From: Actinomycetota bacterium
Lineage (GTDB): Bacteria; Actinomycetota; Actinomycetes; Actinomycetales; Microbacteriaceae
Assembly (NCBI GenBank): GCA_039805305.1
Contig: JBDLUM010000071.1
Span: 13,895 to 77,894 of the forward strand
DNA length: 64,000 bases
Reading direction: 5' to 3'
Below, piece by piece: positions 10,730 to 19,914 of this stretch (the first letter of the stretch is position 1; each line of letters starts with the position of its first letter). The translations under genes were made by a program, and so were the position numbers. The notes below the pieces were generated by a model. The model was not told the origin of the DNA. It did no database searches and worked only from the letters and a program-made list of their open reading frames with translations.

Positions 10730-11956
10730 TTAGCCGATATCCTTCAGAGAAAGCGCATCTGGCGAGGTGGTGGTTTCGTCAACCACGGCAAACTTGTCGA
10801 ACCCCTGCTTGCCCAACGTTTCGAGCAGCAAGTTGAGTTTTTTCGGACGAAGTTCGAGGCGAACATCCGTGCCGTAATCTTGCAGCTCGCGTTGACGGGC
10901 CAAAGCGTTGGCAACCGTGGCAGGCGACTCGTTCTCGAGCACGAGCACTGCCGACGCAGCGCGCGAAGTGAACTTGGCCGAGTCAACGAGATCGACTACG
11001 CGTTCGAATCCGAGTGAAATACCGACGGCCGGCACATCGGTGCCCAACCAGCGACCAACCATGCCGTCATAGCGACCGCCGCCGCCGATCGAAGAACCAG
11101 ATGCCGGATGCTCGATCTCGAAGATCGCTCCGGTGTAGTAGCCCATGCCGCGCACGAGCGTGGCGTCGAAACGCAGACGACCTCTGTGGCGAGTTTCGAC
11201 CGCGTTGAAAATCTCGGTCAGCTCGTTCGGAACGCTCGTATCGGCAGCGATTTCGGCAAGCCACTTGCCCGCCTTCGAACCAACCTGCTCGCCGAAGCGT
11301 TCGGTCAATTCTTTTTCAACACCAGCGGCCTCGATCTTGTCGAGCTTGTCGATGATAATCATCGCACTCGGGCGGTCGGCCTCGGCTACACCAAGTGAGG
11401 TGAGGTTTTTGGCCAAAAGTTCGCGGTGGTTCACACGAATCACGGCATCTTGAAGCCCAAGTGAGTCGAGTGCATCTAGCGATGAAACCAGAAGGTCGAT
11501 TTCGGCGAGCGACGATGCGTCGCCGATGATGTCGATATCGCACTGCACGAACTGGCGGTAGCGACCCTTTTGTGGTCGCTCGGCACGCCACACCGGCCCG
11601 GTTTGAATGGCCTTGAAAACGGTTGGTAGTTCGGCTCGGTTGGTTGCGTAGTAGCGAGTGAGCGGAACGGTTAGGTCGAATCGAAGCCCTAAGTCTGAAA
11701 GCTCCGCCGCGTCGCCGGTTGCGAGAGCCTCATCTAGTTCGGCACCGCGCTTCATCACTCGGTATGCCAGCTTTTCGTTGTCTCCGCCTTGGCCAGAAGT
11801 AAGTTTGGCGAGGTCTTCGAGTGCTGGGGTTTCGATCTCAGAGAAACCGTGCGAACGATAGGTGCCACGGATGCGCGCCAGAACCTGTTCGCGCTTCAAT
11901 TTCTCGAGCGGCAGAAAGTCGCGCATGCCACGGGGTGGGTTTACGTCTTTAGCCAT
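10730..11956 (-). CDS. hisS: histidine--tRNA ligase family protein (class II aaRS with anticodon-binding domain)
   Basis: 408 aa. PRGMRDFLP, LRFDLTVPLTRY, motif 2 WRAERPQKGRYRQFVQCD, motif 3 GGGGRYDGMV, and a C-terminal HGTP-type anticodon-binding domain. Confidence 0.8.
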   Translation of the reverse strand: MAKDVNPPRGMRDFLPLEKLKREQVLARIRGTYRSHGFSEIETPALEDLAKLTSGQGGDNEKLAYRVMKRGAELDEALATGDAAELSDLGLRFDLTVPLTRYYATNRAELPTVFKAIQTGPVWRAERPQKGRYRQFVQCDIDIIGDASSLAEIDLLVSSLDALDSLGLQDAVIRVNHRELLAKNLTSLGVAEADRPSAMIIIDKLDKIEAAGVEKELTERFGEQVGSKAGKWLAEIAADTSVPNELTEIFNAVETRHRGRLRFDATLVRGMGYYTGAIFEIEHPASGSSIGGGGRYDGMVGRWLGTDVPAVGISLGFERVVDLVDSAKFTSRAASAVLVLENESPATVANALARQRELQDYGTDVRLELRPKKLNLLLETLGKQGFDKFAVVDETTTSPDALSLKDIG

Positions 11957-12004
11957 GCGACAAGTTTGCCACAGGGCAAGCCCGAAGGGGTTTAGCCGAG
12001 CGAA

Positions 12005-12721
12005 CTAGTCGAGTTCGCGACCGACGACGCCCGCGTCGGAGGCATCCAAGACTTCGACCTTTCGAATGTCGCCCATCAGATCGCGCACGGCCGAACGAAG
12101 GGCGCGCTCGGCATCTAGGCCGGATGCTCGCGCCGAGGTAACAATCGCAAGCAGCAGACCGCCCAGTTGGTCTTCGTCTTCGACCTGAATCGGTCCGGTT
12201 GCGCCAGCCTCGAGCAGGCCGATTTTCTCGGCCTTGCCCAACACCTTGCTCGCCAGCGCTAGAGCCGGCATGCCCGTGGCGATGCCGTCAAGCACGCTCT
12301 CACGTTCTGGCTTCTCGCGCTTCTTGTGAGCATCCCAGTTCTGCATAACCTCATCGCCGGTTGACGCTGCGAACTCGGCAAGCTGCGCCTCATCGCCGAA
12401 AACGTGCGGATGACGCGAAATCATCTTTTCGCTCATCTTGGCGGCAACGTCTTGAATGTCGAATGGCTCACCGAGCGAACCGGTGGCAGCAAGGTCGCTG
12501 TGAAAAACGACCTGGTACAGCACATCGCCGAGCTCTTCGAGAATCTCGTCGCGGTTACCCGATTCGATCGCGTCGACGAGCTCGTAGGTTTCTTCGATCA
12601 GGTATTGCACGAGCGACTCGTGGGTCTGCTCGGCATCCCAAGGGCATCCGCCTGGTGCGCGCAGCTTGTGAGCCGTGGCGAGTAGGTCGTCGAAGTTAGA
12701 CATTGTTCTCCTTGTTTGCAA
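12005..12721 (-). CDS. mazG: nucleoside triphosphate pyrophosphohydrolase MazG
   Basis: EExxE motif region (LIEETYELVDAIE) and its position after mfd. ATG at 12703 (MSNFDDLL...) is the likelier start and overlaps the mfd stop as ATGTCTAA. Confidence 0.85.
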   Translation of the reverse strand: MQTRRTMSNFDDLLATAHKLRAPGGCPWDAEQTHESLVQYLIEETYELVDAIESGNRDEILEELGDVLYQVVFHSDLAATGSLGEPFDIQDVAAKMSEKMISRHPHVFGDEAQLAEFAASTGDEVMQNWDAHKKREKPERESVLDGIATGMPALALASKVLGKAEKIGLLEAGATGPIQVEDEDQLGGLLLAIVTSARASGLDAERALRSAVRDLMGDIRKVEVLDASDAGVVGRELD

Positions 12722-15700
12722 AAACTGTAGCTAAGAATGCCCAGGTCCAGTCGATTACCGCGCGGTCGCGAAGCGGTTCGCCCGAGGCGTCTTTTGGTGC
12801 CGGCACGTTGAGTAGCAGATTCGACTGCAGGTAACGAAGGCCCGGATACGCGTGGCTAAGTCGCACCTGCTCGGCCTCGCTCAGCTCGACCGGCTGCATT
12901 CTCGCCGCTGCGCCGAGCAACATGACGTCTTTGAGCCCGAGGCGATTGGCTTGCTGTCGCAATTCGGTGACATCAACCAAGTTCTGCACAGATTGCGGGG
13001 CAGGCCCGTAGCGGTCAACCAGTTCGGCAAGAATGGCGTCGAGTTGCTCACGAGTGCCCTTCACGCCGCTGGCGGCTGAGAGCTTGTGATAGGCCTCGAG
13101 TCGCAAACGCTCGCTGTCGACGTAGGTGTTCGGAATATGCGCATCCACGGGCAGTTCAAGCTTGAGCTCGGCAGGCGAATCGGTTTTCTCGCCCTTGAAG
13201 TCGGCAACTGCCTCTCCAATCATGCGCAGGTAAAGATCGAAGCCGACGCCGGCGATGTGACCAGACTGCTCTCCCCCAAGCAAGTTTCCAGCGCCGCGAA
13301 TTTCGAGGTCTTTGAGTGCTACCTGCATGCCTGCGCCGAGTTCGTTATTGGCGGCAATGGTCGCGAGTCGGTCGTGCGCCAGGTCGGTGAGCGGCTTGCT
13401 CGGGTCATAGAAGAAGTAGGCATAGGCGCGTTCGCGACTTCGACCAACACGGCCGCGAATCTGGTGCAGCTGGCTCAAGCCAAAGCGCTCGGCTCGGTCG
13501 ACAATCAGTGTGTTGGCGTTTGGAATGTCGATGCCGGTTTCGATAATCGTGGTCGAAACCAGAACATCAAAACGCTTTTCCCAAAAGTCGATTACGACTT
13601 GCTCGAGAGCCGATTCACTCATTTGCCCGTGCGCAACTGCAATGCGCGCTTCGGGCACTAATTCGGCGATGTCGGCCGCGCACTTGTCGATGGTTTCGAC
13701 TCGGTTGTGCACAAAGAACACTTGACCCTCACGAATCAGTTCGCGACGAATGGCGGCGGCAACCTGCTTCTCGCTGTATCCGCCCACGTAGGTCAAAATC
13801 GGGTGACGATCTTCGGGCGGTGTCGCCAAGGTCGACATTTCACGGATACCCGTCACCGCCATCTCGAGCGTGCGAGGTATTGGCGTGGCAGACATTGAGA
13901 GAACATCCACGTTGTGTTTTAGGTCTTTGAGCTTTTCTTTGTGCTCGACACCAAAGCGCTGCTCTTCATCGATGATGATGAGACCAAGGTTGCGAAACTT
14001 CACGTTTCCGCTGAGTAGGCGGTGAGTTCCGATGACCATGTCAACAGCACCGGTTTCTAGACCGGCGATGGTTTCTTTTGACTCGGCAGCTGACTGAAAA
14101 CGTGAGAGAGCCTTGACCGTTACGGGGAACCCGGCAAAGCGGCTGCGAATGGTTTCGGTGTGCTGACGAACCAGCAGAGTGGTTGGCACGAGCATGGCAA
14201 CCTGCTTGCCGTCTTGAATGGCCTTGAAGGCTGCCCGAAGGGCAACCTCGGTTTTGCCGTAGCCAACGTCGCCGGCAAGAAGTCTGTCCATCGGAATCGA
14301 GCGCTCCATGTCGCGCTTGACCTCTTCGATGGTCGATAGTTGGTCGGGTGTTTCGACGAAAGCGAACGCCTCTTCAAGTTCGCGCTGCCAAGGAGTATCT
14401 GGCCCGAAAGCGTGGCCCTGAGATTTCATTCGAGCCGAATAGAGCTTGACCAGGTCGATGGCGATCTTTCGAACCGCCTTGCGAGCCTTGCCCTTGGCAT
14501 TAGCCCAGTCGGTGCCACCCATCTTGCTGAGCACTGGAGCCTCGCCGCCAACGTATCGGGTTAGCAAGTCGAGCTGGTCGGTCGGCACGAAGAGTGTGTC
14601 ATTTGGCTGGCCACGCTTAGATGGCGCGTACTCGATTAGCAAAAACTCGCGATCGTGCTGCTGGCGGCCGATGCCAGTGCGACGGGTTACCAATTCTTTG
14701 AAACGGCCGATGCCATGAATCTCGTGAACCACATAGTCGCCGCTCTTGAGAGTTAGCGGGTCGACAGCCTGGCCGCGCTTCGAGGCGAGCTTTCGAACCT
14801 GAGGGTTCACGTAGGTTGCGCTCTTGCCATAGAACTCGTGGTCGGTGATCACGATCAGATTCGCGCCCGGCACGGCGAAACCTTTGCGCAGGTTTGATTG
14901 GGTTAGATAAACGGTTTCAGGGTTCAGGCGATCAGGCAGTTCGGCAACAAAAGTAGCCTTCAAGCCAGCAGCGATTAGCACCTCACCGATACGCTCGGCT
15001 GTTCCGTGCCCTTGAGCGGTAACCACGATGTGCTGGCCGTTTGCACTTTGGTCTTCGAGCCAAGGCAAAACGGCGGTATCGGCGTTGGTGAAAACCGGAA
15101 TCTCGAGAATGTTCAGGTTGATTTGAGTGCCATCGTCGGCCGGAAACTGGGTGACGGTGAATAACTGACGCTTCTGAAGCGTTGCCACGAAAGCCGGCAG
15201 GTCAACAAAACCTCCGGCGCTCAAATCGATTGGCGCTGTGGCACCCTCGATTGCAGCATCCCAGGCGGCGTGCAAAAACTCTTCGTTGGTCTCGGCCAAA
15301 CTGGTTGCTCTCGCAGCGGCCTTCTCAGGTGAAAGAAGCGTTACGAGGGCATCGGCCGGCAAGTAATCGGTGAACGACACCATCTGGTCAACCAGCGCTG
15401 GGGCAAGTGACTCCATGCCCTCAACCGGAATGCCCTCGGCGATCTTGGCAAGCATCGTCGACAGGTTCGGAAACTCGTATTGCATCTGTCGCGCACGGTT
15501 TGCGACGCTCGGCGTAATGATCAGCTCGCGCGCTGGGTAGATGTCTACGCCTTGGATGTGCGGCGAGCCCGCCTCGCGAATCAGGGAGCGCTGATCGGCA
15601 ACCGAAAACTCGCGAATTTCTTCGAGCTCGTCGCCAAAAAACTCGAGGCGAACGGCGTGCTCTGAGGTGGTTGGAAAAATGTCGAGGATGCCTCCGCGAG

Positions 15701-16280
15701 CGGCGAACTCTCCGCGCTTGGTCACCATGTCTACGCGCTGGTAAGCCATCTCGACGAGCTTGAGGGTGAGCTCAGGCAGCCAGTAGTCGCTGCCTTTCTT
15801 GAGTCGCAATGGCGGGTGGTCACCGAGGTGGGCAACCACGGGCTGCAAGACCGCGCGCACCGAAGCGAGCACGATGACGGGGTGCGTAGGCGGTGCATCC
15901 GCGTTTGAGAGCTCATGTAAACGGGTGAGCACCTTCAGCCGCTTACCAACGGTTTCGGGGCTCGGGCTCAAACGCTCGTGGGGCAGGGTTTCCCAAGAAG
16001 GAAACTCGAGCAGCTCGAGATCGTCGACCAGGTTGCGAAGTGCAGCCGCGACATCTTCTGCTTCACGACCCGTAGCGACAACCACAAGTTGCACGCCGCT
16101 GAGCTTTTTCTCGGCGCGAAGCTTGGCCAAAAGCGCGACAACTACTGGGTGCGCACCGGCCGGCGAAAGAAGGTCTACGCGCTTGGCGGCCAGCTTGGTT
16201 TGAAGTGCTGCAACGGGATAGCTTTCAGAAATTTGCACGACAAGGCGCGAAAGGGCCTCAGGGAGTCGTTTGCTATCCAC
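12696..16280 (-). CDS. mfd: transcription-repair coupling factor Mfd
   Basis: 1194 aa. UvrB-homology N-terminus, CarD-like domain (GDYVVHEIHGIGRF), SF2 helicase motifs (GDVGYGKTEVA, DEEQRFG) and a TRG motif region. Confidence 0.97.
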   Translation of the reverse strand: MDSKRLPEALSRLVVQISESYPVAALQTKLAAKRVDLLSPAGAHPVVVALLAKLRAEKKLSGVQLVVVATGREAEDVAAALRNLVDDLELLEFPSWETLPHERLSPSPETVGKRLKVLTRLHELSNADAPPTHPVIVLASVRAVLQPVVAHLGDHPPLRLKKGSDYWLPELTLKLVEMAYQRVDMVTKRGEFAARGGILDIFPTTSEHAVRLEFFGDELEEIREFSVADQRSLIREAGSPHIQGVDIYPARELIITPSVANRARQMQYEFPNLSTMLAKIAEGIPVEGMESLAPALVDQMVSFTDYLPADALVTLLSPEKAAARATSLAETNEEFLHAAWDAAIEGATAPIDLSAGGFVDLPAFVATLQKRQLFTVTQFPADDGTQINLNILEIPVFTNADTAVLPWLEDQSANGQHIVVTAQGHGTAERIGEVLIAAGLKATFVAELPDRLNPETVYLTQSNLRKGFAVPGANLIVITDHEFYGKSATYVNPQVRKLASKRGQAVDPLTLKSGDYVVHEIHGIGRFKELVTRRTGIGRQQHDREFLLIEYAPSKRGQPNDTLFVPTDQLDLLTRYVGGEAPVLSKMGGTDWANAKGKARKAVRKIAIDLVKLYSARMKSQGHAFGPDTPWQRELEEAFAFVETPDQLSTIEEVKRDMERSIPMDRLLAGDVGYGKTEVALRAAFKAIQDGKQVAMLVPTTLLVRQHTETIRSRFAGFPVTVKALSRFQSAAESKETIAGLETGAVDMVIGTHRLLSGNVKFRNLGLIIIDEEQRFGVEHKEKLKDLKHNVDVLSMSATPIPRTLEMAVTGIREMSTLATPPEDRHPILTYVGGYSEKQVAAAIRRELIREGQVFFVHNRVETIDKCAADIAELVPEARIAVAHGQMSESALEQVVIDFWEKRFDVLVSTTIIETGIDIPNANTLIVDRAERFGLSQLHQIRGRVGRSRERAYAYFFYDPSKPLTDLAHDRLATIAANNELGAGMQVALKDLEIRGAGNLLGGEQSGHIAGVGFDLYLRMIGEAVADFKGEKTDSPAELKLELPVDAHIPNTYVDSERLRLEAYHKLSAASGVKGTREQLDAILAELVDRYGPAPQSVQNLVDVTELRQQANRLGLKDVMLLGAAARMQPVELSEAEQVRLSHAYPGLRYLQSNLLLNVPAPKDASGEPLRDRAVIDWTWAFLATVFANKENNV

Positions 16281-16313
16281 CCCTCAAGTGTAAGTTGCGC
16301 GGGGTGGTTGGGT

Positions 16314-16946
16314 TTATGCGCCGTGATACTTCTGTTGCGCCGCGGCTAGACCATCGACGAGCACTGCCTCAATGGCATCGGCGCTGGTTTCGAGAGTCAG
16401 GTCGAGATCTTTGCGCTCGGTGCTCGAGAAATTCTTGAGCACAAAATCGGCAACCTCTTGCTGACCAGGTGGGCGACCAATGCCAACGCGGATGCGAATG
16501 AAATCGGTTGTTCCAATGGCCGAAATGATGTCACGAAGACCGTTGTGGCCGGCGTGACCGCCACCTTGCTTCAGGCGAACATCGTGAACGGGGATGTCTA
16601 GCTCATCGTGAACCACGATGATGTGGCTCGGGCTGACGTCAAAGAATTTTGCTAGGCCGGCAACCGGGCCACCACTGGTGTTCATGAAAGAAAGCGGCTT
16701 GGCCAGAATTACCTTTGGCCCGCCAACGCCGAGGCGCGTTTCGGCGATAACCGAATTGGTTTTGTGAGATTTGAACGAGACTCCGACTCGCTTCGCCAAT
16801 GTGTCGAGAACCATCTGGCCGACATTGTGACGGTTGCCTGCGTAGCCGGGCCCGGGGTTACCGAGCCCGACTACGAGATAAGGCGAATTACTCAGCTGCT
16901 GCCTCGGTAGCGTTCTCTTCTGCTTGGCCAGCGCCGGTTGCAACAA
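16314..16946 (-). CDS. pth: peptidyl-tRNA hydrolase
   Basis: LVVGLGNPGPGYAGNRHNVG and GHNGLRD motifs. The annotated ATG at 16946 overlaps rplY by 59 nt, so the true start may be further downstream (uncertain). Confidence 0.9.
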   Translation of the reverse strand: MLQPALAKQKRTLPRQQLSNSPYLVVGLGNPGPGYAGNRHNVGQMVLDTLAKRVGVSFKSHKTNSVIAETRLGVGGPKVILAKPLSFMNTSGGPVAGLAKFFDVSPSHIIVVHDELDIPVHDVRLKQGGGHAGHNGLRDIISAIGTTDFIRIRVGIGRPPGQQEVADFVLKNFSSTERKDLDLTLETSADAIEAVLVDGLAAAQQKYHGA

Positions 16947-17466
16947 CCGAAGCGATTAGCTCGTCTGCAGGAAGGTCTAGTGCTACACCAGCAGGAAGCT
17001 TGATGTCTTTTGCTAGTAGGTGGAAGCCAGCGCCTTCCTTGTTGAAGACAGCTTCTACATACTCAGGAATGTTGTTGGCTTCGGTTAGAAGCTTCACGGT
17101 CTTGTGCTCTAGATCGATGGTGGTACCGCTTAGCGACTCACCAACAACGTGAACTGGAACCTCAACGTGAACCTTCTCGCCCTTGACGATGGTCACTAGG
17201 TCAACGTGCTCGATGACCTGGGTAACTACGTCTTTGGTCGCGCTCTTTACAAGAACAGACTCGTTCTTGCCATCGATTAGTAGGTCGATAACAGCGTTCT
17301 TGTGGCGAAGCACAAGAGCTAGTTCGCGAGCAGGAAGGGTGATGTGGCGTGGCTCGCTGCCGTGACCGTAGATCACTGCTGGGGTGCGACCGGCTGCACG
17401 CGACTTGCGTGCTGCACCCTTACCAAAAGAGGTGCGTAGTTCGGCAACCATTGTTGCTTCAGACAT
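16888..17466 (-). CDS. rplY: 50S ribosomal protein L25 / general stress protein Ctc
   Basis: 192 aa. The N-terminal L25 fold sequence (RTSFGKGAARKSRAAGRTPAVIYGHG) and the extended Ctc-type C-terminus. Confidence 0.9.
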   Translation of the reverse strand: MSEATMVAELRTSFGKGAARKSRAAGRTPAVIYGHGSEPRHITLPARELALVLRHKNAVIDLLIDGKNESVLVKSATKDVVTQVIEHVDLVTIVKGEKVHVEVPVHVVGESLSGTTIDLEHKTVKLLTEANNIPEYVEAVFNKEGAGFHLLAKDIKLPAGVALDLPADELIASVVATGAGQAEENATEAAAE

Positions 17467-17624
17467 GATTTATCCAATCCAGGTTTTCACCTGATGTTTA
17501 GTGTTTTGCTATCAACTCAAGCGTGTTCACGCGAGGATAAGGCCTAAGCCGGTTGCCCCGTCGATTACGGTTTCAAGCTTTTCGCTATCAACCCTCGCCG
17601 TAGTTCTGCACAAGTCTAACTTGT

Positions 17625-18878
17625 CTAGGCGCGGGTAATCAACCCTCGGGTCAGTGCTCGTACTGCCAATGCGACAGCAAGTATCAAAATGCTGATCGAG
17701 ACAGCCGGCCCTGGCACAGCTACCGCAAGCAGAGCACAAAGCCCGAAGCCCAAAAACGCAACGATTCGCACAGTTTTGCCGATTTCGGGAATCAGCCAAG
17801 CACTCAGGTGTCCGATTGCGTAATAGAGCAAGACCGAGAACGACGAGAAACCGATAACCCAACTGAGTTCGCCAACTAGCAGCAGACCAATCGCACCGGC
17901 GCCGACAATGACCTCGGCAATCCAGGGTGCGCCAGCTCGGTTTCGGCGACCTAGCAGCGCAGGCAATTCGCTGTCTTCTGCCATGGTTGCCGCGGTGCGC
18001 GAAACGCCAGCCAGCAGAGCGAGCATCGAACCTAGGCCCGCGGCAGCCGCCACGAGAATTACCGCCCAGCCGGGCATCCAAGGTGTAATCAACGCGGTGA
18101 GCGCAACAAACGGCGCTTCGACAAACCCGAGACTTAGTCCCAACTGGGTGAGCAAGGTTTGAGCGAGACCGAAGTAGAGCAGTGTCACGACAATCAGCGT
18201 GATCACAATCGCGCGCGGAATGTTGCGCTTCGGGTCGCTAACCTCGTCGCCGAGGGTTGCTACACGGGCGTATCCGGCGAATGCGAAAAACATCACGGAT
18301 GCTGCGCTGATCAGCTGCGCGAATGTCGAGGTGCCTGCTGCGCTCAAGACCTCGCCCGCTGGTTGTGCGCTCACCGAGGCCGCTGGTAACGCAGCCGAGG
18401 TCAGCACCACCAAGAAGAACAGCGTGGTCGTGGTCGCGAGAACGGCGGCAACCGTCGCGGTTCGGTTGATGCCAGAGATATTGATCATAGTGAGAGCGGC
18501 GATGGCCGCTGCGGCTGGCCAAAACTTGAGTTCGGGCGTCAGGTACTCCTGAACCACCAGAGCGATGGCAGCAATCGAACCGATTTTGCCGAAGACGAAT
18601 GCGAAACCCGCAACAAAAGAGGTTGCGTGGTTGACCATCTCGCGCGAGTAGGTGTAAACACCACCCGGGCGGCTGATGCGTTTGGCCAACTGGTAGACGC
18701 TCGAGGCATTGAGCACGGCAACGAGCGCGGCCAAGGCGATGGCGGCAAGAAAAAGTGAGCCAGAGATAGTGAAGGCTTCGCGAAAGACTACAAAAACACC
18801 GGCACCGAGCATCGAAGCGATGCCGATAGCGACCGCACCGACTAAACCTATTTGTTGCGGTTTTTTGTCATTCGCCAT
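17625..18878 (-). CDS. APC superfamily amino acid/polyamine permease
   Basis: 417 aa with about 12 hydrophobic segments. The N-terminal motif region (GLVGAVAIGIASMLGAGVF) is typical of APC permeases. Confidence 0.85.
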   Translation of the reverse strand: MANDKKPQQIGLVGAVAIGIASMLGAGVFVVFREAFTISGSLFLAAIALAALVAVLNASSVYQLAKRISRPGGVYTYSREMVNHATSFVAGFAFVFGKIGSIAAIALVVQEYLTPELKFWPAAAAIAALTMINISGINRTATVAAVLATTTTLFFLVVLTSAALPAASVSAQPAGEVLSAAGTSTFAQLISAASVMFFAFAGYARVATLGDEVSDPKRNIPRAIVITLIVVTLLYFGLAQTLLTQLGLSLGFVEAPFVALTALITPWMPGWAVILVAAAAGLGSMLALLAGVSRTAATMAEDSELPALLGRRNRAGAPWIAEVIVGAGAIGLLLVGELSWVIGFSSFSVLLYYAIGHLSAWLIPEIGKTVRIVAFLGFGLCALLAVAVPGPAVSISILILAVALAVRALTRGLITRA

Positions 18879-18916
18879 TTTGAAGCCCCGCCGAAGCCGA
18901 CTCGCTAGCCGAAGGT

Positions 18917-19894
18917 TTAGGCGTGGCCAGGAAAGAGAGAGTTGACCGAGTCGTCGTCGAACACAGCGCTGATTGCCTTGGCGATTAGCGGTGCAATCGA
19001 AAGAACTTCGAGCTTGTCGAACTGCTTGTCTGGGCCAACCGGAAGGGTGTTGGTTACGACAACTGCGTCGACGGCCTCGCTAGAAAGGCGCTCAACCGCT
19101 GGGTCAGAGAAGATTGCGTGAGTTGCCGCAACGATTACGCGAGCAGCGCCGTTCTTCTTGAGCGCAGCTGCCGCAGCAACGATGGTTCCTGCGGTGTCGA
19201 TCATGTCGTCAACGAGCAAACAAGTGCGACCCTGAACGTCACCAACGAGTTCGTGCGCGGTGACTTGGTTGGGAACATCCGGGTCGCGACGCTTGTGAAC
19301 AATCGCTAGCGGCGCACCGAGGCGGTCGGCCCAGATGTCGGCAACGCGAACGCGGCCCGAGTCTGGAGAAACCACGGTTAGCGGCTCGTGACCCCACTTG
19401 GCGGCAACGTGGTCGCAGAGCATCGGCAGGGCCCAAAGGTGGTCGACCGGGCCATCGAAGAAGCCTTGAATTTGAGGAGTGTGCAGATCAACCGAGATTA
19501 GGCGGTTGGCACCAGCGGCCTTATACATGTCGGTCACAAGGCGGGCAGAGATTGGCTCACGCCCCTTGTGCTTCTTGTCTTGACGGGCATAAGGAAAGAA
19601 CGGTGCGACAACGGTGATTCGCTTTGCCGAGGCACGCTTTAGAGCGTCGACCATTAGCAACTGCTCCATGAGCCAGTGGTTTACCGGAGCCGGGTGAGCC
19701 TGAATAACGAAAGCGTCAACACCTCGAACGCTCTCTTCGAATCGAACGAAGGTTTCGCCGCTGGCAAAGTCGTAGGCGGTGGTTGGTACAAGCTCGGTGC
19801 CGAGCAGTTCGGCGATCTCGAGCGCTAGGCCTTGGTGGGCGCGTCCGCTAAGAAGTGCGAGTCTTTTTCGACCGGTGATTGTGATTTCGCTCAA
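18917..19894 (-). CDS. prs: ribose-phosphate diphosphokinase (PRPP synthetase)
   Basis: 325 aa. DLHTPQIQGFF and the PRPP-binding loop LLVDDMIDTAGT. Confidence 0.95.
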   Translation of the reverse strand: MSEITITGRKRLALLSGRAHQGLALEIAELLGTELVPTTAYDFASGETFVRFEESVRGVDAFVIQAHPAPVNHWLMEQLLMVDALKRASAKRITVVAPFFPYARQDKKHKGREPISARLVTDMYKAAGANRLISVDLHTPQIQGFFDGPVDHLWALPMLCDHVAAKWGHEPLTVVSPDSGRVRVADIWADRLGAPLAIVHKRRDPDVPNQVTAHELVGDVQGRTCLLVDDMIDTAGTIVAAAAALKKNGAARVIVAATHAIFSDPAVERLSSEAVDAVVVTNTLPVGPDKQFDKLEVLSIAPLIAKAISAVFDDDSVNSLFPGHA

Positions 19895-19914
19895 CTTATT
19901 GGCTCCCGTTTTTG

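Noticed and set aside
17504-17592. A direct repeat T-run+GCTATCAAC (17508-17516 and 17584-17592, 76 nt apart) in the rplY-pth upstream region, together with a small perfect hairpin ACAAGT-TAG-ACTTGT after the permease stop.
   Set aside because: A single 9-mer repeat within about 150 nt is only weakly improbable by chance. No known operator matches it. The hairpin lacks a following U-tract, so I do not call it a terminator.
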